The notes beneath the pieces are model-generated. The model was not told the origin of the DNA, did no database searches, and saw nothing but the letters and a program-made list of their open reading frames with translations. Positions 51,771 to 64,000 of a DNA stretch of 64,000 bases are shown here, in pieces. Position 1 is the first letter of the stretch. Each line of letters opens with the position of its first letter. The stretch covers positions 17,219,875 to 17,283,874 of the forward strand of contig OZ037768.1 of the NCBI GenBank assembly GCA_964035545.1, given 5' to 3'. Source of the DNA: Bugula neritina (Eukaryota > Animalia > Bryozoa). The translations under genes and the position numbers were made by a program.

Positions 51771-52577
51771 TTATTGTCTTCATGTGTCCTATGTGGGTAT
51801 AATTCATAGCACAAATATCACAAGAGAGGTATTGTGGTCTCCCCGCATCATCAAGTTGAGATGTCCCTAAGTGCTTAGCCCGGACTATTATACATTCAAG
51901 GAAATTTTTAAACAGCAGCGTCTGTTTTCTCACAGTACCTCTGTTGTACCAGCTGCATGGCCTCTGGTGTACTCTAGCATATTCACTCTTTATAACTGTT
52001 GCCAAGTAAGCTGATACTAATCTAATCCAAGGGTCTCTGTTCAAAACAACATAAAATATTTACAAGGTTCCGCACTAAAATATTATTGCCTGTATAAACT
52101 TCACCGTTACTGAGTACCTAACAAAATATGTCTCTCAATGCAACTGAATAAATAATTTCTGTGTAAGACACCTTTTTTTAATTCACTACATCAAATTAAA
52201 CTAAAACCTGGCACACAGATATACGTACATATAGGATAATAATGCTAAAAGTTATTAGTGGCAAGAACGATTGTATAACCAAACCCCAATAGTCTATAAT
52301 AAGGCTTTTCTGCACTAGTAAATGTTTTTACCTTACAAACAAAAATTTTACTAATTTTGAACTAGTCTTCGAAAGGTGTAAGACACTGTCTGGGCTGATG
52401 ACTTGTATTGAGACGGCATAGTAATATAGGAAGGCGGGAATTTCTCTTGCTGGATCTAGCAAACTTCCGGCGAGGTAGAGGAGCATTTGCTGCCATGACT
52501 TTGATCCGCATCTTTTGACGGGACAGTAAAGTGCTTTATCACGTATGTCATGTAAAGCTGTCCAGGAAGAAGACTTG
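51771..52577 (-). pseudogene. Degenerate carbohydrate sulfotransferase (CHST/HNK-1ST, Sulfotransfer_2 family)-like gene
   Basis: Exons 52577-52332 and 52036-51771 splice to ...LYCPVKRCGSKSWQQML...KFLFVRDPWIRLVSAYL...PQYLSCDICAMNYTHIGHMKT, which echoes the family's 5'-PSB, 3'-PB (FVRDPxxRLVSAY) and CxPCxxxYxxIGxxET motifs. I could not build intact upstream or terminal exons (stops in all frames at about 52640-52880), so functional status is uncertain. Confidence 0.6.
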
Positions 52578-54501
52578 CTAAAAAAACCAGACAAAAATGG
52601 ATCATGAAAGTTTTACTCTAGTTTATTACAATATAATAACCTGCTGGAACATGTGACAAATTGTTTTGTTATGAAGCTGCTTTTCCTTGCACAAACTTTG
52701 TTTCTATGAGAGAAGTGTGCGCAATCTGCCAGTCAAATTTTGCTTTTATCAAACTTCATGTCCTCAAAGTTTTAAAACTTATGCACGAATATTCAAACAA
52801 ATTATTTTTTCTAGTAAAGAGTTCAAAAGCATTATTGATGGGCCTGTTACACAGCATGTAGTAATTAGCATCAAGACACCCTGCAGCTTTAAAAAGTGAT
52901 AAGTTTTATACTATTGTGTGTCATCTTGCAGATCTGCACAGTATTGATGGATTCTTCTTTTCCTCCTTTGCTGTAGTTCAACCATGTTTCCATCTAGTAT
53001 GTCTATTCTAGCTGCCTCATAATCTTGCAACTTCAGTATAAACTGTGTTAAGAAACGGTCACATACTCACTATAATATAGCTTTGACAACTATAGTATTA
53101 ATTTTACTCCCCGCCCCTTAAAGGTTGTTCTACACCATATATTTTAATACAACACTATTTAGGTGCAATAGAGGAGGAATTTTTATAGCTTTCTTTAATC
53201 TTCTCATCAATAGTTGATTTGAGGTGTGGGTTGAAATTCCTGCAAGAATATAACTTCTTGCGGTACATTTCTAATTTAGAGCACAAGCTTTTATCAATTG
53301 CTCCATTACTGCACCTATATGTTTAAAAAGAAGTATATGATTTAAATGTAACAGACCATCACTTTATTGGATACTGCAGGCTTTATAAATAGCATGTTAT
53401 TGGAATTTGATAAATACTCATTTGAAATTCAGATAAAATTGTAGTTGGGAAATTAAGTTTCTCTATAAAAAGAGATATCACTCTATAATCACCAACTAAT
53501 TAGATGCCCAAAATTAAAAAGTCCTGCACTATAATTACTCAGCAATGCTAAGAATTTAAAATTAATTTGTGAAATGATATTTTTACCCAAGAGCTTTGCC
53601 ATACATGATATACATGCAAAAAACATATATCTATTTATTATCTGAGTTACCACATGCAATGTTGATTCAATCACATGGCTACTTCACCCCAATTTTTTCA
53701 AACAACAATCGAAGCCTATATAACAGCAATAAGAAAGTTTCACTATTACTTACAGCTCTAACACTTGGTTTTCTGTCCGGTACAGCCCCAAGGTCTTCAT
53801 TCTCACTTTTACTAATGATTACAATCAGGATTGTGTAGCAAATAAGACACGCTGTTGCTGTTATAATGAGGAAGTTCGGTAATTTACTATTGCCATACAA
53901 CTGTCTAATTTTCATATCCCTTGTTTTGATGTAGCACACTATTTAAAGTTGTGCCTGTAAGGTTACTTCAAAGATGTTTGCTTGAGTTATATCCTATGTC
54001 AGACAGATACATATAATGTATATTTTATTGATTTTACTCATTAAAAGTTCTGAACACAATAGATCTCATTGTTTTGGAGGGTTAGAACTATACATGTATT
54101 TGTTAATCTTTACCTATCACATTGTGTTGGAGTACTAGGCTAGAAAATCCCTAGATGCAACACAAAGCTCGGGGTTTGGGGTTTTGTGGGTGTATATATA
54201 TATATATATATCAAAATTGAGCAAATACATATATTGATTATTTTGAAAAATAAAGTCGAGACCAAAGACAAAGAAAATTATCTGATTATGTAAAATTAAA
54301 ATTGTATAATTACCTGTTTTGGATTAGGTATACTACTTATTACCTGTAAAATTGTCAAACAACAAATGTCAATTTAAACAGCTGTAATTTTTATAATGAA
54401 TTAAAGCAACTCGTATAATATGCATTTCAATGTAGCCATAAAAATGTTTTAACTAGCATGTGAAACTTGAGATTGTTTTTCAGCAGGCTGAAAGTTCCGT
54501 T

Positions 54502-57500
54502 TCATAAATCAGTACTTTCTCTTATAGACTCGTCATCTTCAGGAGAAGTTTTCTCTTTGTTCTCGACAAGGTTATTTTTCTTTTTAGGAACTACATTACT
54601 GACAGCATCTGAAATTGCTGACAATGTAGATGCCATCCACACAAGACCAAAGATTACCCAGACATTTACAAACAGTCTGTACAATCTTCCTTCGGCTGAT
54701 TCACCGGATCTCCCATTGGCAAACTCTGAAAACACAAACCATATAAAATAATTCAATGGGATCGTCTATAATAGTACCTACTCTGCTGCAGCTGCAGCTA
54801 GCAAGCAATAATTTAAATTATCTTTTTTTGTAAAGGAAACCAATTAAAAAACAACTACAGTGCTCCTGCAGTAGATTTGGGGATCTATTTATTTACTTAA
54901 ATGCATTAATCTTTGTTGTTATAGTTAATCTCTTGGCAAAGCTTTCTTTGTTAGTCTTCTTTATTTTATGCAAGTTTGCATTCAGACATCCCAAAGTTCG
55001 GGATGTCTGATTCCGAAGGATCCGAACATCCTAACTGGGTTCGGGCGTCTACTCTGTGACCGATTTTGGAATGTTCTGGAATTCGGAGAGTGTCCAAATT
55101 CCAGGGTATGTCAGAGCGAGCTTCCGGAGTAGAATCAGTCTACTGCTGGAGCTTGAAGACACTGCTACTACTATCAAGACTACTGTATTTTTCAAGTGCA
55201 CCAATAATACTGTCCACTTTAGATTTTAAACAAAGAACCAAGAATTAACTAAGCCCCAGCTAGTAAACTGCATGAACAGATGCAACTAAAATGGGGACCT
55301 GATAATGCTTAAGATTATTGTAATTCAATCTACAATACCAATTAGGAAGAAATCAAACACTGCATATATCTAGTTACCTCTTTATTTTTTGCATATTATG
55401 TTACAGCCTACAGGCTATAAAATATCAATTTTAGTTATTTATTACTCTAATAATTTGCTACAAGAGAAAAGACCTGAAGGCTAAAACAACTAAGTCAATG
55501 AGTCTGTGAAGCTGCGAATTTGTGATTCATTAAAAAATCTCGTAAACTCAGCAGCATTTACTTAAATAATGCAATAAAAATGAATTTATAAACAGTAGGT
55601 ATCTTTTAAATATTTCTGTTTATAAAAGTCATCATTAGAGCTGGTCATCAGCTAAGTCTAGTTCAACTTTCACAAAATGATTTTTACAGGAGGTTCACTC
55701 ATGTGTCCCAACTTCTATTTACATGCACTAAGGCATTGTATTTTTATATAAACTAGTTGAAACAATAGTGTCTAGCATATATGTTAATTGGTTTATCTGC
55801 TGTCTTCAATGTAATATGTGAAATAAAGCTGTAACTGCATAACTCTTGTATATATTGGTGCAATACTTTCAAATTTGTTTCCATACAGTAATACATAGTA
55901 TTTTACTTGAAATTAAATATCTTGGAGTTTTAAATTGCTACTGCTAAAACCAAAGGTTTCTTATTTTTGAAAAGCTACCTCATCATAATATAATATACTG
56001 ATTGGTAGAAAAAAGTAAATAAAACAAAAATTACATTTATCTATTATATGAATCGGACAGGCAAATTCAATACTAACAGCATTATTTTTCTTATACTACA
56101 AATTCATCATAATTTATAATGAGTAATAACATTTCACAGCCTGATTCTTTAAAGTTTAAAGTATTTTTAACTAAAACACGAATGTATAACTTTGGTGTTG
56201 CATTATTATTACATGAGAGTTAATCTCTTAACTTGGAGTGGGGCACTGAGAACTTAGAGAGCAATTTTGAAAACCCCAACTGAGATTTATTATTAAGCAC
56301 TTTCATAACCACCAAGAACACCTCAATTAAAAAGAATTGCTACTCAGCCCTTAGATTGGATTCATTCAGTTTTAAGTTGAGGTAGGTGCCAGAGAAACTA
56401 AAAATGCTTGTGTTTTAAAAATGAAAAATAGCTAAAGAAGTTATGCTCCCACTATAGAATTTTAACGAAAACCAAAATTCATTTGGAAAATTAAAGAAAT
56501 TAGGCTACCAAAATTTTATTTTGCTAGATATCTAAATACCTAAGTTTGGTAGATAGTTCAAGTGACCAGATCACAAATACAAGATTAAAGAAAATATGCA
56601 TCTATTTTGTGTTTGTATTGCTTGTATATAAACTTCATTTAATTTAATTTACCTGGATAATAATCACCAAATCCTATCGTAGTTAGAGTGATGAAAGTGT
56701 AATACACAGCAATGTTGTAATTCCAACCTTCAGCATAAGTGAAGATTATTGCTGGTAAGAGACTGAACAGCAGAAAACCTAAAATATAACAATATGATAT
56801 TATAATCTGATGAGATCACCTATGTTTAGAGACTGGTAAATGTTAAAAGAAGCATATAAATGACCACTAGAGCAAATATTTGTATATAATGATACAGTTA
56901 CAGTTACAGTTGGGTTGATTTTACAACTGAAGGAAATTTCAAACATCACAGACACACTACAACCCTCTTGCCCTAATGTAGTGATTGAACTGCATGCAGT
57001 AGTAAATTGATGCAAATTTGTTTATGAAGGCTTATTGACACCACTAACTTCGTAAATAGTCATCTTTTAGTATAAAGTTCTAAAGCAAAAACTAATAACA
57101 CTTAAAAAATCTAGAGCTAAGTTTTAATCTAGCTTAGGTATTTTATGTTCATTTCATGAGACATTTAAAATGTCAAAAGAAAATTTGCAGCTGTATAGCG
57201 TAGAAATACAGAAATGTTCAAAATCTTAATATTGTTCCTCTCCAAAAGCCACAAAGCTATGAAAGTCTATATTCTGTATATTCTATAACTAGTAGAGGCA
57301 ATTTAGTATAAATTCCAATGAGTGATTAGTACTTTTCCAGGTATAAGTTAAACTCCAATGAGTACTTTTCCAGATATATAAGTATTAAGCTGAAGATCTA
57401 GATTCTAGTGTTTACTGTATGTAGCAATCAAAATAGTCATGATAGCATAGCTATATGCTTATAATGATGTAATAATTTATGACATTTCAATGAAATTTCT

Positions 57501-59307
57501 ATGTATTATAATATATAAATTAGATGAAGGAGAATAGCGTGTATACAGTATTGCTATGAGATAGCATATTACTCACCAATAGTGAATACTAGAACAAGAG
57601 AGAGAATCGATTTCCACTTTTCAGTCTTCACTTTTTTCAGCAATTTGTTTGAAATCTTTCCAAAGAGGCTGGCCATTCTCATACCAAGCTGACCAGAAGT
57701 AACCAAGAACAATGGAATGCCGAGCAATGCAAAGAACACAGTAAACACTCGGCCACCTGGAGTAGCTGGGGAGATGTTACCATAACCTAAAGTAAGTTCT
57801 AACACTTAGATATTGGCAAACAAGAGTAGCAGTAACACAAGAAATAGCAACAGCACTGAGTAATGACTGAGTACTTCCTGAGAGTACTATAACTAAACTT
57901 ACAACAAAATGAAACGGAACTCTACAAAGTTAAAGAGGGGGATTGGGATTGAATTACAAAATGGTTAGCTGTTGACAGCTTTTTTCTCTAAAACACATAA
58001 CAAATATCTTAACTCCTGGAATCAATAACAACTTGGAACTCTGTGAGGCCACTTTACAGTTGCCATGACCATGTGATAAGAAACAAGCTAAAGAGGTAGA
58101 TGTTTAGATCTATTAAATTATATGAAAGTAGATACAACACCTTACTCTATCTATCAACATAATTGTATTTGCTTTCTCAAATTTATTTGCAGAGTATTGA
58201 GCAACTCATATCAATAAATACAAGTAGTCACTGATATCATAGCATAATTATAAATGTTTCTTTTGTTGGTATACATAACATGTCATCTATAGCACATATG
58301 TAATTTATCCTTTGGAAACCGTTTGCTTGCAATATTCATAAAATTAGACTACATTTTAGCAGCCGCTGGGTATTGAAAAAGTATATGAACAATGCTGTGT
58401 TTAGAAGCACAAGCTGGTTACATGCTGGAACCATGCATTGTTTTCTATTGTAGCAAACACAATGGAATGTGGAATGTCAAAATATTAGTAATAACTTACC
58501 AATGGTTGTGACTATAGTAGTAGCGAAGAATATTGAACTAATAATATCCCAGTTGCTGTCGTGTGACTCAGTGCTATTTGATGCTGTTATTCCCAGCTCG
58601 TAGGCATCGATGACCTCCTCAATGAGTAACTTCAGCTCTTCTGCTGTCACACATGTATTATTATCTAAAATAAATTGATCTCCATATTATCTTGAATAAC
58701 ATAATTTCAGCCAAATATTTAGGAAAACCTTAGGTACCAGCTATATGTTAAAATAAAAATGTAACCCATAGGATTGAACTCAAGTAGATCATAGATATGT
58801 GTAACAACACCAAACTATGTATTGAAATGAATGCAAAATAAATGACAGAGAAGACAGACCTGTCTACTTATTATCATGTTACTTATTATGTTATAATTAC
58901 AACTAAAATAACAATAGTATTTCATAATTGACTTTATGAGTACCCGTTGAAATAGAAGCTCATTGAAGGCTACTAAAGAGAAAGTGAGCTAATTCATTTA
59001 TGAGCCCCAGTAGTAATTAATCCAACTACCAAGCCTATGGTAATAATTTGATTGAAATTGACTTACTAAGAAATTCGCTAACCCTTTGAGTGGATGCTAC
59101 AACAGTTTCCTGCTCTGGTGAGGCTTCTATAAAATGGAAAATAACTCCGCCAAGTATTACCAGCAATACATAGGACACCATAAGTATGGCCAGAACTTTC
59201 CCACTGACCCAGCCATCTGGCTGTGGCTGAGGTTCTGCCAGCTCTGGTTCTGGTGCTGAAGTTTTTTCTTCTCGGGCTGAATTTTCTGCGCTGTGTGATT
59301 TCTCCAT
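54502..59307 (-). CDS. Two-pore-domain K+ channel (K2P/KCNK, TREK/TALK-like)
   Basis: Exons 59307-59067, 58664-58500, 57786-57577, 56778-56653 and 54725-54502. M1 followed by FHFIEA, cap cysteine NNTCV, P1 FFATTIVTTIGYGNISPAT, ALLGIPL, P2 FITLTTIGFGDY and M4 WVIFGLVWMA. Confidence 0.95.
54982..55115. repeat. Hairpin-rich GC patch (probable transposon remnant) in the K2P intron
   Basis: TCAGACATCCC-AAAGTTC-GGGATGTCTGA stem-loop followed by related short motifs. Confidence 0.45.
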
Positions 59308-59990
59308 TGAATCGAATCAGCGTTGAGTCAATCAAATCTACTTTGTGCTGGTTAGCTGAGCGGAGCTGAGTGAATAAGTGAGACATTAAATCACACGAGT
59401 ATGTCTTTTTACTCGGCTAACGCATGCCTGTATAATAAAACAATTGAATTTTTGTGGCTAATAAATAAATGAAAAGCCATTAACTCAAGGAATGCATTAT
59501 TTGTATTGCATAAAAGTAAATAGAACTTCGGCATAAATACTTAGTTGCTAAAAGCAGAACAGTAATAACATCTGTAGTCATAGTTACAAGGACATTTCGT
59601 AATTCATCTGTATGCAGCACAAAGGCCACAGGCCAAAGCCACACCTATTTTAAACTAAACCTATATCTTGCAACTGTAACTCTAATGCACTGTGTTGAAT
59701 ACACACACATCTTACATAGATACCACATGTTCACGTGGCTGCAGATAATTTACATGACTTATTGTCAGATCTTGTTTAACAATAATTAGGTTCCCTCCAA
59801 GCACGTGAAAACGAGGGGAGAGGGTTATCATATTTGCAACAGCTGCACTACAGTTTGGTTTCTTTCTAGCTGCTTTATGGTTTATAGCTGGTAAATTTAA
59901 ATTATGAATCACTATAATATGATGTTGATTGCATTTAATATGAAAGTATTCAAATAGCTGAGAGTCAGAAAAGTTAAATGCCAGTGATGT

Positions 59991-60463
59991 TGGTTTCATC
60001 CCACTTAGACGTTTCCCACTTAGACATTTCCCACTTGGGCGATTTTTTTATTTCGGTACAAAATATATAGTAACTTATACAAATATAACTGTTGCATTTA
60101 CTACTAAACATGAAATAGGCTACCAAGCCAGCTATTTGCTTTAACTTAGTACTAATTTAGCTATAGTTTATTTTATTCAGAATAACAGAATAAAATGCAC
60201 AAATGCATTTTATGGTATATTACATACTGCTATATTACAACTTTTTCTTATTAGATTTTGTCTATCTTTTACCTTTAAGTTTAAGGTTTGTGCAAGATGG
60301 CTTCTTATAAAAGCATTGTTACTGTAAGTGGCTTGCTGGTGGCTTCTTTGCTTTCTATTATGTGCTAAATAATAGCATAAAATACATATATTACACTAAA
60401 ATCTATAAATATTGTCTAAGTGGGAAGCGCCCATGTGGGAAACGTTTAAGTGGGATGACACCG
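59991..60463. mobile_element. Non-autonomous DNA transposon with TIRs and subterminal repeats
   Basis: Left end GGTTTCATCCCACTTAGACGTTTCCCAC... and right end ...GTGGGAAACGTTTAAGTGGGATGACACC; TSD-like flanks TGATGT/TAATGT. Confidence 0.7.
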
Positions 60464-60493
60464 TAATGTTCACTATAATTATATAGGATCATT

Positions 60494-60809
60494 GAGGTGT
60501 CCAGCAAAAATGGCACCGGTAAAAATGGCACCGGTAAAAATGGCACCGGTAAAAATGGCACAGGCAACAATGGCACAAATAACAAAGTAGGTGAAATTGG
60601 CACAATTTGTTAGTATTACCGTTTGGGTGGGGGTTTGGAATAGGGGTTTAGGCTTGGAGATTTGAGTTTGGGGATTGGGTTTGGAGTTTAAGGGTTGAAG
60701 GTTTTTGGTAGAGGGTTTGGGTTTGGGAAAATTTAACATCAGTGTGCCATTTTTACATATACTTTTCCATTTGTGCCATTATTACCTGTGCCACTTTTAC
60801 CTAAAATCG
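60494..60809 (+). mobile_element. Helentron/DINE-1-like non-autonomous element
   Basis: 15-bp repeats GGTAAAAATGGCACC, a central GGGTTT(A/G)G-like tract and inverted GTGCCATT repeats at the other end; a second copy lies at about 39818-39980. Confidence 0.6.
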
Positions 60810-63800
60810 ATAATTAAAGTATACATGATATTCAACTTGGATATTTCTAATCTCATAATAGTTATAATAATATGTTTTAATTAAGAACTTGGCATAGTTT
60901 TTTCAGTGAGTGATCACCAATGAGTTTATAACATAAATGTATGCAAACATTCTAAAGCCAATGCATATCTAATCTAGCTTCTTCAATCAGTTTTTCTTAT
61001 TGAACTGCATGTGTGAGCTGAAAGGTTTTTGTATTCACCATTTTTAAGCATTAAAAACTAGTAATGCTATCAGATAGTTTCGACATCTAAAATAATATAG
61101 TGAGAACAGAGGCTACCATAGCAAGTAGACACAAAGTTGCTGAAAAGAAATTTCATATAGTGATGGGGAAGATAACTCTAATATTTAGCTAGTGGCACAA
61201 AACACTTCTGATGGGAAAGATAACTCTAATATTCAGTAAGACAATAAGACTGGAATTTATTCCATTTTTATTGCTGAACAGTGATTCCAAGTAATTTGAA
61301 CCTACATTACAACTAAGTATTTTCAAAATCATATGGTATGGCAAAGACAATATGTAAACAACGGCTGCTGCTTTACTTTATATTTTTGATTGTCACCTGC
61401 AGGACTGCTGTCAAGAGTAATCTAATATAATTGGAATAAAAATAGTCTAAAGCAAGAATCGTCATAAAGATAATTGTTTCTACCAACACGCAGCAAGACA
61501 CACGATTTCTGGTTGGTAAATATTGACCACTCATATTTCTGTAATAGCAGCCTATACAGTTTATTTTAAAAACTACTCTGAATGTTCGACGCTATGGAAT
61601 AAATTGCCTAGTTCTATTGGTGCTGTGGGGAGGGAGGCTGGTTTCAAAATTGCCCTGAGAGACCATCTAATGGCAAATTTCCAGATAAAAAAATAATTTT
61701 TTAAGTTGCTAAAAATTCCAAAAACCTAAACAAAAATCTTATATAACTGTCAACCATTCATGGCTCAGTGCCTCGACTAGCTACAGTGCTATTGCGCCAT
61801 AGGCCCTGTCATTTTGTTTATTTTTTTCTCAATTAATTTTTTCCCTTCTATGACAAAATAAAAACAAACAAACAAACAAACAAACTTATAATATATTATT
61901 CTGCATCATTATTTTGTTTCTGTATCTTGAAACAAACAACTATTAAGGATGTCGACTGCTGAGTTATTGTTTGATAGCAAATCTAAGATTGTTTAGATAA
62001 TATTATAAACATAATAAAGCATAATTTGCTGTTTTTTAACTTGCATTAAAAATAATTATATACCTTCATAGTACATGGCAAAAGTGCATAGTTTTGTAAG
62101 CATGAAGAAATAAAATGCTAGAAAACAATTTTATTGCTTTCAAAAATAAAGCTATCATTCCTTTTTATGGTTTGCTTAAAAAGAATGTTTTTAAAATTTT
62201 AACCATCGCTAAAGTTATATAGTACATAATCCACTATAAGTATGACCACAGTTTCGAGCGCATGATGAATCTGGAATTGCAATGTTTTATTGCCTATTGA
62301 ACAACTTTGAAAATGGAAAAAGTTATAGTAACTGTTATAACTTAATCTTAATTTCTCTTTGAGATTCTGGTATTACTTTGTAAAATATAAGGATTTTCAA
62401 TTGCGTATGTCTTTCTATAAAAACGTATGGAAAGATAACTTGCAAACTCAACCCTGAAAAAAGAGTGTTTTTTATTAGAGTTCTTTATCATTATATATTT
62501 TTGTTTGCCAATATGAGATGAAAATAATGCTCAGGGCTTACGATTTTTACCCCCTCAATACTTCATTTCTCTCTAAAGTTTATACTAGATGTCTGAGCTT
62601 TAAAGCAGTCTGGCTTTACCATTGAAATACAAGTTTAGTTGGAATTTTTCAATTCAAATTAGTATAAAGGATATTATCACTGCATGTCTGTTATAATTTC
62701 AACTATAGAGTTTATATCTTACTATACTTATTATGACTATAATTATCCTGCTTTCCTTGTTGCTTTATTTAAATCGATGAACACTGATCAATTTATATTA
62801 AAAGTCATTTGTCAAAGTGTGAATTATTAGGTTTCAGCAGCACTGCACCGGCCCCAGAATATGCAAATATAATTAGAAGCTTACTATATCATTTCCTTGC
62901 CATTAGTTAAAGTATTTTTTACAACACTGCTCAAATAACTCGATTTAAAAGTCGGACAGTTTGATTTGTTATGTTTTTAATTAGTCTGTGGATTTTATCT
63001 GTAGTTATCTAGCTTGTTTATATGACAATGAATTGTGCATGTTGGCTATATTATGTTTCAAGTGTCCTGAGTGGTTTTTAATTAGAAAATAATATCAATG
63101 TAATCTCTTAATACATTATTTTGGTTTTAATAATTACAGTACCAATTCATAACATGAAGCGAACTTATTTTGTATTGCCTTGGTTGATTGCTCGGAGATT
63201 ATGCAATAAAAAGTATATTCCACTAAGTCCATATTCTCCAGCAGCAACCTTTTTATATAGTTATATATGACAATAACAGTTTTATTTTCTCAACTAAGTC
63301 CCATTACCAGTTTGCTATTTTGTAACACATAGTTCTAGCCCACTGATTTAAAATATGAAGAACATCTTGCGCAATAGCTCAGTTGCACTTGGAGTTGCCT
63401 TTCTTATATTAGCAAACAACAGAAGTGTATAACTCTTACTGCATTTCAGGTGCGCTATGTTATTATAAATATAGCTAATTTATTTTAAAACCAATCCAAA
63501 AGTTGCAACATTCATGCGCTTAAAAAGTTAAACATGATGTTTCCTGATCTACTGCCCAACTAAATTTGCTCCAGGAAGAGTGGATGAGTCATAGCTTGTA
63601 ATTAGCTTACTTCCCTCTATGCAACCCTTGCCTACTTGTAGTATATCAGCTAATAGATGCAAGCCACGTGTTTACTGTTACTAACTATACCAAATATTGT
63701 GACAGACTATAATTTACTAAAGTATACCTACTGCTAACTTAAACCAGCAAACTAATGCTTTTAAACTATAATATATATACTAGCACAGGTTTGAAAATAT

Positions 63801-64000
63801 GAATTCTTTTGAGAAATAGTTAGTATGTTGTTAGGGTTTATTTAAAGAGTTTAGTTTGGTATGTTAATTGCACCATTACTACCTTTAGTAAAACAACCTG
63901 CCTCAATTCATTTTATCATCATCTCAAACATAAAGAGTGACAAATCCCCTAAGTGCATTTGTGTAGGGGTATCATAGTGCTATTTTATATTACTGAGTAG

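Noticed and set aside
60403-60739. Repetitive ORFs (VPFLP and GAIFT repeats)
   Set aside because: They are translations of 15-bp repeats within a transposon-like element.
60810-64000. Genes in the final 3 kb
   Set aside because: No ORF or recognisable exon; AT-rich DNA that is intergenic or belongs to the 5' region of the K2P gene.

Overview
This is an AT-rich, intron-rich animal (invertebrate) genomic window; all gene models were assembled by hand from GT-AG splice sites and reading-frame continuity. In order it contains: the 3' end of a receptor tyrosine kinase resembling Venus kinase receptors (+); three tandem, highly atypical Shaw/Kv3-like K+ channel genes (-); a 15-exon urocanate hydratase UROC1 (-); mitochondrial 2,4-dienoyl-CoA reductase DECR1 (+, head-to-head with UROC1); a degenerate carbohydrate-sulfotransferase-like gene (-); and a two-pore (K2P) K+ channel (-). 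Mobile DNA includes an internally deleted Ty3/Gypsy element with apparently identical LTRs inserted in a tRNA-derived SINE, further SINE copies, MITEs and an RTE remnant. The best candidates for something new are: (1) two small secreted-peptide genes nested antisense in UROC1 intron 4, missed by the ORF track, built from repeated [YF]SCHPDSxx[YF][DN]xx[KR]C disulfide loops that are each split by a phase-2 intron and ending in an amidation signal; (2) the Kv triplet, with an intact GYG pore but a charge-depleted S4, no PVP gate, no T1 zinc site, a variable Cys-paired S1-S2 loop and gene-converted T1 domains; (3) a type I hammerhead ribozyme in a 271-nt retrozyme-like unit inside a (TA)n tract; (4) tandem arrays that amplify 5' splice sites. 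Family assignments rest on recalled motifs; no database search was run.
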